Assembly (NCBI GenBank): GCA_965221905.1
Contig: OZ244922.1
Span: 3,296,001 to 3,360,000 of the forward strand
Source: Chloroflexota bacterium
Lineage (GTDB): Bacteria; Chloroflexota; UBA11872; VXOZ01
Length of the DNA stretch: 64,000 nt
Direction of reading: 5' to 3'
Shown: positions 1 to 9,706 of the stretch, in pieces
Layout: each line of letters opens with the position of its first letter
Position numbering within the stretch: position 1 is the first letter of the stretch
Position numbers and translations under genes: made by a program
Notes under the pieces: generated by a model
What the model was told of the DNA's origin: nothing
Database searches by the model: none
Seen by the model: the letters and a program-made list of their open reading frames with translations, nothing else

Positions 1-73
1 GCGAGCCACACCGAACCAGCGCTTGCGGCTGCCGATCCCAAAGCAGGGAGCGACGCGATAGTGTCTTTGCCAT
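1..73 (-). CDS. 5' end of a probable Tat-signal lipoprotein (runs off window; apparent frameshift near 37-40)
   Basis: GGAGGG RBS, ATG at 73, MAKTLSRRSLLW. The hydrophobic continuation GSAAASAGSVWLA is in a shifted frame. Confidence 0.5.
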   Translation of the reverse strand, partial: MAKTLSRRSLLWDRQPQALVRCGS

Positions 74-202
74 AGCTAAGCCTCCATAAGTTCCGCACTT
101 CGTATGCTCTGACTATTGAGACGACGCTATCTAACTCTCACTCGAGACTGGCTGGCGAATCCTCCCTTCCGTCAAGCGGGGTAGGCATCTACACTTAGGA
201 GG

Positions 203-231
203 AACATACATCACGTCTCTACAAAAGTCAA
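203..231 (-). promoter_or_regulatory. sigma70-type promoter TTGACT-17-TATGTT
   Basis: Near-consensus hexamers with 17-bp spacing upstream of the gene starting at 73. Confidence 0.45.
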
Positions 232-388
232 CCCCCCCCCCCGAACGTTTGGAGCCCTCTTGACCTAACGGCGACGCGTAAGAAACTAGACCCAATTTCC
301 TCTTCGGCACGTTCGGGGTAGGCTCTTTCGAAGAAAACACAGAGCGAAGCGAGCCGAATATCGGCTATGCCACCACCAAGGCTGTTCA

Positions 389-618
389 CCCTTCGACAAG
401 CTCAGGACAGGCACGTTTAGGGCGTACGTTTGCGCTCCGCATAGGTAGCGATATCGTAGGTTTGCGCTTCGACAGGCTCAGCGCGAACGGACATAGGCCG
501 AAGAGGAGACCTTTGCGTAACTTGAGCCGGCGGGTTTGGTCGTAATGACGAGGTTTCCCCCCTCACCCCCGTATCAAGTACGGGGCAGGCTCTAGCCCTC
601 TCCCTCAATGGCGAGGGG
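389..618. repeat. cluster of intergenic palindromic repeats (CTTCGACAAGCTCAG and CCCCTCACC...CCCTCTCCC families)
   Basis: The same motifs recur near 6470-6630, 7881, 9857, 35368, 38128, 40922 and 49038. Confidence 0.7.
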
Positions 619-676
619 ATTCTGAACCTCCGGGCCCGGTTATGCAATGGTCTTCAAAAGGGAGAAAACCCAAGTC

Positions 677-1807
677 TTAGCCCGCGGCGGCGCCGACAGG
701 CTGCAGGACCTCCTGCAAACGGGTAATCACCGTCGGCACGTCTTCGGGTCGCAGCGTAATCGGATCGATGAAGAGAAATCCCTCCTCGGCGTAGTGGTCG
801 CGTGTGTAGATAGGCGGGCTGCCGTCTATGAGCGCCTCGCACACGGCCACGGCATCCATGCCCGCGACTACCGGATCAACCACGATCTTGGTGCGGGTCT
901 GCGGATTGCCGGTGACGTCCCGCTCGGCAAAGACGTTGACGCCGGGAATGCCTTGCAGCGCCGCCACCATCACGTCCACCTTGGCGTTTTGCCCGGATTC
1001 CCACGCGGCGTAGTCGAGGTCCGCGAGCCACTCCATGCGCTCGATGACGCTCACCACGCCTTCCTTAGAGGGTTTCATAGCGCGCCCGATGCCGGTGCCT
1101 TGCAAGGCCGCGGCGGCGACCAGGTCGCGCTTTCCGGCGATCACGCCTGACGTGAAGCCGCAGAGGTGCTTGTGGCCGCTGAAGCAGACGGCGTCCGCGC
1201 CCTCCGCCAGCAGGCGGTGAGCAAAGAATGCCCCGGCAGCGGCGTCAACAATCACCGGAATATTGTGGCGGTGGGCAATCTCGGCAAATGCCGGCAGCGA
1301 GAGTTGCCCGCTGGTGGCGGTCATGTGGGAGATTACGTACAGCGCCGCCGCGGTCTCTTCTGTGATCGCATACTCCATTTGTTCGGGCAGCGCGCGGTTG
1401 GCCTCGCCAAATTCCACGGCGCGAGCCCCGCTGAGGCGGATCATCTGCGTCACCGGCGCGCCAAACCCCACCGTGTGCCGCTTCTGAATGATCACTTCGT
1501 TCTTCATGCGGCTGGTATCGGGCAGGGCCAGCACTTTACCGAGATGCGTGCCGGTCATGGCCCCTGCGCACAGCACCGCGATCGCCGAAGCCGCGCAATG
1601 GGTCACCGTGCCGGCCTCCGCGCCGGTAGCATGCGCGATTGCCGCGTCGGCGGCCGCCAGCAACTCCGTCATGCGCGCAAACTCCGGCGCCGCCTCAACA
1701 ACCCGTTCAACCACTTCCGGGGGTATCGAAGATGCGCCGAGCGTCGTCTGTGTCCCTGCGGTGTTGATGATTGGCGTCAAACCATATCGCTCGTGATATC
1801 TGGACAT
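677..1807 (-). CDS. SelA/DgaE-like PLP-dependent enzyme
   Basis: INTAGTQTTLGAS, VIVDAAA, FSGHK (PLP lysine), IGRAMKPSKE. GAGGAG RBS before ATG 1807. Confidence 0.8.
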   Translation of the reverse strand: MSRYHERYGLTPIINTAGTQTTLGASSIPPEVVERVVEAAPEFARMTELLAAADAAIAHATGAEAGTVTHCAASAIAVLCAGAMTGTHLGKVLALPDTSRMKNEVIIQKRHTVGFGAPVTQMIRLSGARAVEFGEANRALPEQMEYAITEETAAALYVISHMTATSGQLSLPAFAEIAHRHNIPVIVDAAAGAFFAHRLLAEGADAVCFSGHKHLCGFTSGVIAGKRDLVAAAALQGTGIGRAMKPSKEGVVSVIERMEWLADLDYAAWESGQNAKVDVMVAALQGIPGVNVFAERDVTGNPQTRTKIVVDPVVAGMDAVAVCEALIDGSPPIYTRDHYAEEGFLFIDPITLRPEDVPTVITRLQEVLQPVGAAAG

Positions 1808-1880
1808 AAGGGGCAATCTCCTCTCACTTGGCACCCAAACTGTTATAGGTTCTTCAATGTACTTCGGTTTCCTAAAGTGC

Positions 1881-1908
1881 GTAGGGGCACGGCATGCCGT
1901 GCCCCTAC
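1881..1908. repeat. GTAG REP class A (GTAGGGGCACGGCATGCCGTGCCCCTAC)
   Basis: Perfect palindrome; variants at 7625, 13593 and 29136. Confidence 0.85.
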
Positions 1909-2070
1909 ATTGGATAGCGCTTTTTGCGGTAAGTTACCGCTAGGGCTCGCACCTAAACACTATCTGCGACCGCAATTCATCAACGAAGAGATTCACTCTT
2001 GCCAAGTGCTAATCCCTCGTCCATACATCCGCAAGATGTCGCGTAAGGCGCATTTGCTATGCCGTCAACC

Positions 2071-3498
2071 CTAACCCTTGTATTTTTCCTCCGTATCATC
2101 GAGGATGGCCTGAATTTGCGGCTTCAGCGCCAGCAGGCCTTCATCCACGCCAGCGGTACCGGCGTAGACCGCCTTGAGCCAGTCCTTCACCTCGGCAGAA
2201 CCACTGAAAGCGAAATTGGGAACAACCCAGCCTGGGTCGTAGCCGCCGGGGTAATCGAGAACGTCGATTATTACGTTCAGCCGGACCTTGTCCTTCAGGT
2301 CGGGGAAGGTCTCGTTGGCCCAGGTCTCCATCAGGTCGGCGCGCGGCGGAATCGTGCCCTTACCCGAAGCCCAGTTTAGGGTGCTGCCTTGCCACGCCAC
2401 ATACTGCCAGGCTTCCTCGGGGTGCTTCGCATTCGTCACGACCCCGTTGGCATCCGTCCATTGGAATGAGGCCACGTTCTTCACAGTCGGCAAGGGCGCG
2501 AAATCGATTGGCAAGTCTTCGTCGCGAATACGCTGCATCATATCGCCAAACGTGCCGCTGGAAAGCGTATTCAAGAAAGCCAGCTTGCCCTGATAGAAGA
2601 GTTTGACGATGCTGCCCTCGCCGAACAGGTCCGCTCCCTGGCCGGGTTTGAGCATGGCGCCATGCTCGTGCACCATCGAGAAATATGCCTTGTAGCACGC
2701 CATCGTCTCCGGGCTATCGCAGACGGCACTCCGGCGGTCATCGGAAACCCACTGGCCGCCCCAGAGGAAAGGAAGATTGCCCACGAGCGCGCCGGTACCC
2801 ATGTTGGAAGCGCCGACAGTCGCAACAGTACCGCCCTCGGTAACGGTGGTCTTCTTTGCCATGTCAATATAGGCATCCCAGTTCCACTCCGGGTCGCCCC
2901 ACGTGGCGGACGGCTCATTGAGACCGGCCTTCTCCAGGATTTCCCGGTTATACGGCAACGCCATCATGTTGCCGCCGGTCTGGTTGGGCAGACTGTTGAT
3001 CTCGTTGCGGATGCGACTAATCGAGTTGAAGATGTTTTGCGGATAGTGGCTCAGATCGAAGTTGTCGCGCTTGATATAATCGGCGAGATCGACAAAGTAA
3101 CCGAGCAGATAGGTAGCGTTATCCGCTTCCCAGGCAGCATCGGGTTGCTCTCCGGCCGCAAATGCCGTCCGGAATGATTCCTGGTAGGCGTGCATGTTGT
3201 GGATGACTTCCACCGTAACGCCGGGGTGCGACTCTTCGAACGGCGCTACGAGGGTGTCTGGGTAGTTCTCTAGCTGACGGGCATTGAGCCATGTGCCGTA
3301 GCGGATGTGTACCGGCTCCTTCTCGGGAGCGGGCTCTTCCGCTTTCGGCTTGGCTTCCTCTTTCATTTCCTCTTTGGCAGCTTCGGGCGCCGCCATAGGC
3401 GCCTGCCCACAGGCGGCAAGGAGCACGCCAACGCCGGTAAAACCAGCGCCGACCAGTATGCCACGTCGGGTAAAATGCAACTTATCACGCTCAGACAT
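2071..3498 (-). CDS. ABC transporter solute-binding lipoprotein (sugar-binding family 1), Tat signal
   Basis: TRRGIL twin-arginine, LAAC lipobox, FEESHPGVTVE, YNREILEKAGL. Confidence 0.85.
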   Translation of the reverse strand: MSERDKLHFTRRGILVGAGFTGVGVLLAACGQAPMAAPEAAKEEMKEEAKPKAEEPAPEKEPVHIRYGTWLNARQLENYPDTLVAPFEESHPGVTVEVIHNMHAYQESFRTAFAAGEQPDAAWEADNATYLLGYFVDLADYIKRDNFDLSHYPQNIFNSISRIRNEINSLPNQTGGNMMALPYNREILEKAGLNEPSATWGDPEWNWDAYIDMAKKTTVTEGGTVATVGASNMGTGALVGNLPFLWGGQWVSDDRRSAVCDSPETMACYKAYFSMVHEHGAMLKPGQGADLFGEGSIVKLFYQGKLAFLNTLSSGTFGDMMQRIRDEDLPIDFAPLPTVKNVASFQWTDANGVVTNAKHPEEAWQYVAWQGSTLNWASGKGTIPPRADLMETWANETFPDLKDKVRLNVIIDVLDYPGGYDPGWVVPNFAFSGSAEVKDWLKAVYAGTAGVDEGLLALKPQIQAILDDTEEKYKG

Positions 3499-3951
3499 TC
3501 CTCTGCCTCCTGTAACTATTGTCGATACAACACCTGATATCTCTACACTGTCGCGGCCAAAGCTCCGCCGGCGAACGCCGATGGGTACACACTTCGCGTC
3601 AGGCCGCACCGTTCAGTGCACGCTGCTTATACTCTAAGCCCTATCGCAAAGTGCAGTCAAGATTATCAGCAGGAAAGATACTGCCGTGGAATGGTGCAAG
3701 CCGTTGCTGCACCTGCGGCACACTCGACGCGGGACTTGCCGCATCACCAGATACACACCGAGCGATCTGCAAGGGTGTTCGGGGGAATCGCCGGGGTTGC
3801 GCTTATCGAGAGAAGACGATTGCGGGACCGTAATCGCCGCTGAATTAGGTACTCTTCGGGTACCTCTACACACGCAGACACGCCTGGGCAAAGTGCGCCC
3901 AAGCGTGCTTCACATGTAACGTGGAAAATACCGAGGTGTCGTTCGCGAGGT

Positions 3952-4245
3952 TCAGCCGCCTAGCGGCAGCAGTTCAGCAAGGCTAGTCAGCGCAACGACG
4001 GCAGCGCCGACTGAAAGGATCCACCACTTTATGCCGCGAATCTCGCCGCGAAGCGCATCAATCTCACCACGCAATCCACCAATGTCGCCGTGCGCTCCAG
4101 CAATGTCACCATGCAGTCCGCCAATGTCGGACTGCAATTCAGCTTTCAACTGGGCAAGATCAGCCTTCGTCGCCAAATGTTCGTAGCCGCCTTCAATCCG
4201 GCTTACCCGTTCGCCGAGTGAAGTCGTTTGCTCTGCCGTCGCCAC
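3952..4245 (-). CDS. small coiled-coil protein with C-terminal TM helix (DUF1640/CCDC90-like), copy 1
   Basis: LATKADL motif, heptad repeats, hydrophobic C-terminus. AGGAG RBS and GTG start. Confidence 0.7.
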   Translation of the reverse strand: MATAEQTTSLGERVSRIEGGYEHLATKADLAQLKAELQSDIGGLHGDIAGAHGDIGGLRGEIDALRGEIRGIKWWILSVGAAVVALTSLAELLPLGG

Positions 4246-4319
4246 CGTGCGATCTCCTGAATGCAGGCCCTTCATGTCCCCATTGGCCACATTCGCGTTT
4301 TCTCAAATATTTCGGGGAT

Positions 4320-4550
4320 TCAGCCGCCAAGCGGGAGCAGTTCAGCGAGGCTAGATAACGCAACGACAGCGGCGCCGACTGAAAGGATCCACCACTTTAT
4401 GCCGCGGATTTCACCGTCCTGCCTAGCAATGTCAGCCTTCAATTCGGCTTTCATCTGCGCAAGGTCGGCCTTCGTCGCCAAGTGTTCATAGCCGCCTTCA
4501 ATCCGGCTTACCCGTTCACCGAGTGAAGTTGTTTGCTCCGCCGTCGCCAC
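4320..4550 (-). CDS. small coiled-coil TM protein (DUF1640-like), copy 2
   Basis: N- and C-termini nearly identical to 3952-4245. AGGAG RBS and GTG start. Confidence 0.7.
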   Translation of the reverse strand: MATAEQTTSLGERVSRIEGGYEHLATKADLAQMKAELKADIARQDGEIRGIKWWILSVGAAVVALSSLAELLPLGG

Positions 4551-4715
4551 GTGCGATCTCCTTCTATGCACGATCCCAACATTCTTTATACTACATTTGT
4601 GCCATATGCACAAGTATTAAACATTTCTATAGCGCGAAGGAGTCTTGTGCTTTAGAAAGCTCTTCGTCCTAGTGTTGTGATTTAATTCCAGCGTGACACA
4701 AATTAGCGCTACTGG

Positions 4716-5696
4716 CTAGCTCACCTGGTAGCCGCGGTTGACATCCGGCAATCCGACCGGTTTGCCCAGCGCTTCCGCCATGGCGCGCACGTGGTAGGGG
4801 AGCGCGCCGCAACACGCGCCGATGAATTCAATGCCGATGCCCTCCGCTTCCTTGGCATACTCCGCCATGACAAAGCGGGTAACTACACGCGGCTCGACGC
4901 GCGGGTAGAGACCGGCGCGGCTAATGGCTTGGTTGAAGACCTCGCCCGGCTCCAGTTGGTACGCCGTCGGCTGGACGCACACAGGTACCGAGACCGCATC
5001 CCGAATGCGCCGCGCCATGTCGTTCATGGTCTGCCAGGGGCGCATACAGTTCAGCCCCACCACATCTGCTCCGTTGTCCACCAGGCGTTGCGCCGCCTCC
5101 ACCGGATCGTAACCGTCGCGCGTAAACTCGCTGTCGCGGAAGGTGAGCGTAACCACGGCAGGGACGCCCGCCTCCTTGACGAAGGGGATGACCAAGCTCG
5201 CCTCTTCTACCGAGTAGAAGGTCTCAATGATAAATACGTCCACACCGGGCTCCATCTGCTCTGCAACTCGCCGCGCAAAGAACTCCTGTGCCCGCTTGCG
5301 GTCGTCTGCGTCTAACCGCTCCCACTTGGATGAACCCGAATAGATGAACTGGCTAACGGTGCCGGCCACGTAGCGGTCCGGCCCGGCGGCCTCGCGGGCC
5401 AGCTCCACCGCTACTCTATGCAACTCCTCCTCGCGCCCAAAGGGTCGCACACCCCAGGACATGGCCTGCAAGAGCTCCGCGCCCGCGCGGGCGAACTCAT
5501 GGTGCATTTCCAACACGGCTTCAGGGTAGTCCAGCACGGCCATAGGGATGTGCGAGGCATAGCTGCCCACTACCCGGCGTTCCAGTTCAAGGTAATACGC
5601 GCCGTCGCCAAGCAGCGGCCCTTGCGCGAGACGCTCGAGAAAATCCGCTTTCACCAGCTTACTCCTCGTGGTTACAATTGCTTGCATGCCTATCAT
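4716..5696 (-). CDS. homocysteine S-methyltransferase family protein (BHMT-like)
   Basis: LLGDGA, HHEFARAGA, IIETF; Zn ligands in GLNC and GACCG. Confidence 0.85.
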   Translation of the reverse strand: MIGMQAIVTTRSKLVKADFLERLAQGPLLGDGAYYLELERRVVGSYASHIPMAVLDYPEAVLEMHHEFARAGAELLQAMSWGVRPFGREEELHRVAVELAREAAGPDRYVAGTVSQFIYSGSSKWERLDADDRKRAQEFFARRVAEQMEPGVDVFIIETFYSVEEASLVIPFVKEAGVPAVVTLTFRDSEFTRDGYDPVEAAQRLVDNGADVVGLNCMRPWQTMNDMARRIRDAVSVPVCVQPTAYQLEPGEVFNQAISRAGLYPRVEPRVVTRFVMAEYAKEAEGIGIEFIGACCGALPYHVRAMAEALGKPVGLPDVNRGYQVS

Positions 5697-5891
5697 ACTG
5701 GAATAATGGCAGAGTACCTATTCTGATTCTGCAGCGAAACCGCAGTCTTGCCCCGCCACAGCCCCGCCGACCGGCCCTTCAATGGTCGCCGCAGTAAACG
5801 GAGGAAATAGCTGATAGCACGTGTGCCGGAAGGTGCCCGACCACCCAACTATTGAGGAGAGTAGACAAACATGCTAGAATGACCTCGTAAG

Positions 5892-5968
5892 CGGGGCGTG
5901 GCTCAGCCTGGTAGAGCGCAGCGTTCGGGACGCTGAGGCCGGCGGTTCAAATCCGCCCGCCCCGACCA
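5892..5968 (+). tRNA. tRNA-Pro(CGG)
   Basis: Acceptor stem CGGGGCG/CGCCCCG, anticodon arm CAGCG-TTCGGGA-CGCTG, GGTTCAAATCC T-loop, ACCA end. Confidence 0.97.
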
Positions 5969-6120
5969 AGCAGTGAGACAAAGGCATCGTTTTGCCGTGT
6001 CGTCTACCATTGCTTACCCCTACCGTCCGCATAGCGGTCATGTAATATGCGCTCGCAGTTGCGCGCGCTCAGCGAGTGACAGTGTAGCCGTTGCCGCTAA
6101 TCAGCAACGGGAGGTTTGGA

Positions 6121-6432
6121 ATGCAGCAGCAACCGCAACAACCTGCAGTAGATAAACTCGTCATTGCCGTGGTGCGCAACGATGACGCCAACACTATCGT
6201 GGACGAACTCGTGAAGCGGCGCATCGGCAATACGCGCATCAATACGGCCGGAGGCGTCCTGCGCCGGGGCAACGTGACCCTGCTCGTCGGAGTGCCGGCC
6301 AGCCAGGTCGATGAGACGCTTGACGTGATTCGCGAGAACGTGAGCGGCCAACCCCTCACCGGCCGCGGCCAAACCGACAACAATCGCGGCGTGGCCTTTG
6401 TCGTCGATGCCGGCCGCTATGTGCGGTTGTAA
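6121..6432 (+). CDS. darA: cyclic-di-AMP receptor, PII-like (DarA/PstA family)
   Basis: KLVIAVVRNDD, GGVLRRGNVTLLVGV, C-terminal AFVVD. GGAGG RBS. Confidence 0.75.
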   Translation: MQQQPQQPAVDKLVIAVVRNDDANTIVDELVKRRIGNTRINTAGGVLRRGNVTLLVGVPASQVDETLDVIRENVSGQPLTGRGQTDNNRGVAFVVDAGRYVRL

Positions 6433-6733
6433 GCGGGCGTGAAATAAGAGTATTCGTTCATCCCTCGGCCCTTTGCCAAGCTCAGGACAGGTTCAGGACG
6501 AACGGATGCTTTTTTCTTTAAGGATTCTTGCCAGCTAAACCCTTGCGGCTCGTTAGCGTGAGAGTTCCGTTAATCCGTTCAAGGTGAGCACTTCGACGAG
6601 CTCAGCACAGGCTTGTCGAACCATGAACGGAGATCGGCGAAGGCTATTCCGCACATTGGTTCAGTTGCGGACCCACTGGCCCGCCCCTCCGTTTAAGGTC
6701 GCCCCAAGACACGCCACCGGTGCCTAGAAATCC

Positions 6734-7525
6734 TCACACGCCTTTTGACGTCAGGAACTCCAAACTTGACCGCAGGCAGTCGAAGGCATCGCGCCGGCAA
6801 GTGTCTTGCTCTACGGCATACCACTCAACGCCCGCCTTATTTCCGGCCTCAATTATGCCGTCCCAGTCCAAATTGCCCTCACCTACCGGGCACATGACCG
6901 GTCCCTCGTCGGCGTCTACTTCCTTATCTTTCGCGTGAATTACGGGCACCCGGCCGGACGCCTGTGCAAGCAGCCGCGCTGGATTGGCTCCGGCGTGCGC
7001 GACCCAATAGACGTCAAATTCAAGCGTAAAGTCCGGCCCGCCTTCTTCAAGGAAGATGTCAATCAGAGTCTTCGGCCCGGGGGCAATGCGCTCAAATTCG
7101 TGGGAATGGTTATGGTAACCGAAGGTCAGGCCGCCGGCCTTGAGCTTCTGGATAACCGGCCGTGCCGCCTCGACAAAATCACGGTAGCCCTGCTCGCCCT
7201 GGCTGCGATAGGGTTGCGGAATGCCGCCGATCGCCACATAGTTGCAATCCAACACGCCGTGAAAGTCGATTTCGGCCTGGGTATTCTGCGCCAAGTCTTC
7301 CCAACTGCGATGCGTGGCAATACAGCGAATGCCAACGTCGTCCAGCATCTGTTTCGCCTCCTGCACAGTGATCTCCGGGTTTGCGCTTTCAAGAGCTCCT
7401 ACCGCGGAAAACTGGGCAGCCTCATAGCCCATCCGGCTGATCTTCTTTAGCGACTCCTCCAGACCTTGCCGGGTCTGCGTAAAGTCCCGCACGGTGTACA
7501 TCTGCGCCGCCACTTTGCTCGGCAT
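6734..7525 (-). CDS. sugar phosphate isomerase/epimerase (xylose isomerase-like TIM barrel)
   Basis: AQMYTVRD, YHNHSHEF, EFDVYW, HAKD, VGEGNLDW, VEQD. Confidence 0.9.
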   Translation of the reverse strand: MPSKVAAQMYTVRDFTQTRQGLEESLKKISRMGYEAAQFSAVGALESANPEITVQEAKQMLDDVGIRCIATHRSWEDLAQNTQAEIDFHGVLDCNYVAIGGIPQPYRSQGEQGYRDFVEAARPVIQKLKAGGLTFGYHNHSHEFERIAPGPKTLIDIFLEEGGPDFTLEFDVYWVAHAGANPARLLAQASGRVPVIHAKDKEVDADEGPVMCPVGEGNLDWDGIIEAGNKAGVEWYAVEQDTCRRDAFDCLRSSLEFLTSKGV

Positions 7526-7793
7526 CGTTATCTCCTTGTGCTCGGAATGTCTCAAGCGAAAGGGTTGTTCTCACGTGATTATATACTCTTTGTCGCTGCC
7601 TCCAAAGCCTAAGCCCAAGACTACGTAGGTGCACGGCATGCCGTGCACCTGCTATGTTCAGGTGACCACAGGGATAAGAAAGCAGCAGTTGCCACTTCCT
7701 AGCACAAGTTCTGTAGGCAGGGCAATTGTCCTCAATGCTGACGTGATATCTCCTCGCGGCCGACAAAAGGTAAAATCAGCATCATTTGGCTTG

Positions 7794-7816
7794 GTAGCGC
7801 AGGTTTGCAACCTGCG
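7794..7816 (+). repeat. GTAG REP class B (GTAGCGCAGGTTTGYAACCTGCG), single copy
   Basis: Also at 25513 and 38266, and in arrays at 27750-28115 and 45337-46030. Confidence 0.85.
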
Positions 7817-8132
7817 TCTGTCTGCCGCAGGCCGATGATCCAGTTTGCCCCTTTCATTTCGTGCCGCAAAGCAGAGGCACACCCTCACCCCAACCCTCTC
7901 CCTCGATGGAGAGGGAGCATCGCACAGAGAATATGGATTCCCCGCTGGCGCGGCAACGACGATCGCATCCATAGCGCGGGGGCTTGTCCCTCGCGCTGCG
8001 CCCAGCGAAAGCCACTCCACTCAAACTTTGAGCAGGACAAACCACCCGTTAAGAGCAACAGCGGCGCGCAACACCTCGTCACACGCCGCCCAAAAGCTCA
8101 AAGAACCTAGAATACACCCGTCTGGGAAGTCT

Positions 8133-8417
8133 TCAGGCCGCTCCGCCGGAAACGGCGGGCACGATGGAGACCTCGTCGCCATCGCTGAGCGCAGTTTCGA
8201 GGCCGTCCATGAAACGGATGTCCTCGCCGCGCACGTAGATGTTGATGAAGCGCCGCAGATCGCCGTCTTCATCGCACATGCGCGCCTTGAACCCTTCGTG
8301 GGCCTCGTCCAACTTCGTAATCAGGTCTTCGATAGTGCTCGCGTCTTCCACAGTGACCTCGGCCTTGCCGCCGGCCAGGGGACGGAGCGGGGTGGGAATC
8401 TTCACAGCATTTGCCAT
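8133..8417 (-). CDS. MoaD/ThiS/CysO-family ubiquitin-like sulfur carrier
   Basis: VKIPTPLR, LRRFINIYV, VSIVPAVSGG followed by AA. Confidence 0.9.
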   Translation of the reverse strand: MANAVKIPTPLRPLAGGKAEVTVEDASTIEDLITKLDEAHEGFKARMCDEDGDLRRFINIYVRGEDIRFMDGLETALSDGDEVSIVPAVSGGAA

Positions 8418-8443
8418 TGTTTTGTCTTATCCTTCCTAGAAAC

Positions 8444-9706
8444 TCACACCGTTACGGGGGCGCGTTCCAGTCCGCGCACCGCCTCTTCGAACGATTCTAC
8501 GTGGGGCGTAATCTGGATCGTCAAATCAAGGGTATCGGAGACCGCCTCTTGCGCCTTGAGCCCATTGCCCGTGACGTAGGCAACCGTGACCTCGTCGGGC
8601 GCGATCTGCCCGCTTTCGGCCAGCTTCTTGAGGGTGGCAATCGTCACGCCGCCCGCGGGCTCGGTGAATACGCCCTCTGTCGACGCCAGTAGCTTGATCG
8701 CTTCCACCACCTCATCGTCGGTGACGGACTCGATGATACCGCCGGTATCCTGCGCAATCTTCACGGCGTGGTAGCCATCGGCGGGATTGCCGATAGCCAA
8801 CGAATGGGCAATCGTGGTCGGCATCTTCACCGGCCTGATAGCGGTGGTATTGGCGGCGAAGGCTTCCGCCACCGGGCTACATCCCTCGCCTTGTGCGCCG
8901 GAAATGCGCGTGTGCGGCGTGCCCGACAGCAACCCCACTTTGTACAGTTCGTTCAGCCCCTTGTACACCTTGGTGTACAACGAGCCGGAGGCAATGGGCG
9001 CCACAATGTGGTCCGGCGCGCGCCAGCCCAACTGCTCCACCACCTCGAACGCCAGCGTCTTCGATCCCTCCGAGTAGAAGGGGCGGATATTGATGTTGAC
9101 GAAGGCCCAAGCGTAGCGGTCGGCAAGCTCGCTGCAAAGGCGGTTCAGCTCGTCGTAGGTGCCTTCCACCGAGACCAACGTAGCGCCATACACCGCCGCG
9201 TTCACCACCTTGCCGTGCTCCACGGTGTGGGGCAGGAAAACGAAGGTGCGCAGGCCGTTGCGCACACCGGCGGCGGCCGTTGCGCTCGCCAGGTTGCCGG
9301 TGGAAGCGCACGCGAACGTATCGAACCCAAACTCCTTGGCCTTGGCTACCGCCACCGAGACCACCCGGTCTTTGAAGGAGAACGTTGGATTCACGCTATC
9401 GTTCTTGACGTAGAGTTCCTTCAGACCCAGTGCCTTGCCCAGGTTGTGGGCGCGCTGCAAAGGCGTAAAGCCGACCCGCCAGTCCAGGTCTTCGCCGTGC
9501 TCCACGGGGAGCAGGTCCTTATAGCGCCAAAGCGAAATCGGCCCCTGCGCGATCTTCTCGCGGCTGGTTATCTCGCGAATGGCGTCGTAATCGTATTCGA
9601 CCTCCAGAGGGCCGAAACAGAAGGAACAGACATGCGTCGGTTGCACAGGATAGCGCTCCCCGCACTCCCGACACTTCAGTCCTCGTATTCGTTCCACATT
9701 GTTCAT
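8444..9706 (-). CDS. threonine synthase-like PLP enzyme (possible O-phosphohomoserine sulfhydrylase)
   Basis: N-terminal CxxC..CxxC, NPTFSFKDR, CASTGNLA, EGSKTL, VTGNGLK. Confidence 0.85.
   Translation of the reverse strand: MNNVERIRGLKCRECGERYPVQPTHVCSFCFGPLEVEYDYDAIREITSREKIAQGPISLWRYKDLLPVEHGEDLDWRVGFTPLQRAHNLGKALGLKELYVKNDSVNPTFSFKDRVVSVAVAKAKEFGFDTFACASTGNLASATAAAGVRNGLRTFVFLPHTVEHGKVVNAAVYGATLVSVEGTYDELNRLCSELADRYAWAFVNINIRPFYSEGSKTLAFEVVEQLGWRAPDHIVAPIASGSLYTKVYKGLNELYKVGLLSGTPHTRISGAQGEGCSPVAEAFAANTTAIRPVKMPTTIAHSLAIGNPADGYHAVKIAQDTGGIIESVTDDEVVEAIKLLASTEGVFTEPAGGVTIATLKKLAESGQIAPDEVTVAYVTGNGLKAQEAVSDTLDLTIQITPHVESFEEAVRGLERAPVTV

Noticed and set aside
677-1807. True selenocysteine synthase selA
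   Set aside because: Too short, lacks the SelA N-terminal domain, and no selB/selC/selD nearby; fits the DgaE-like group better.
5892-5968. tRNA-Pro as an integration site
   Set aside because: No integrase nearby and no duplicated tRNA 3' end noticed in the window.
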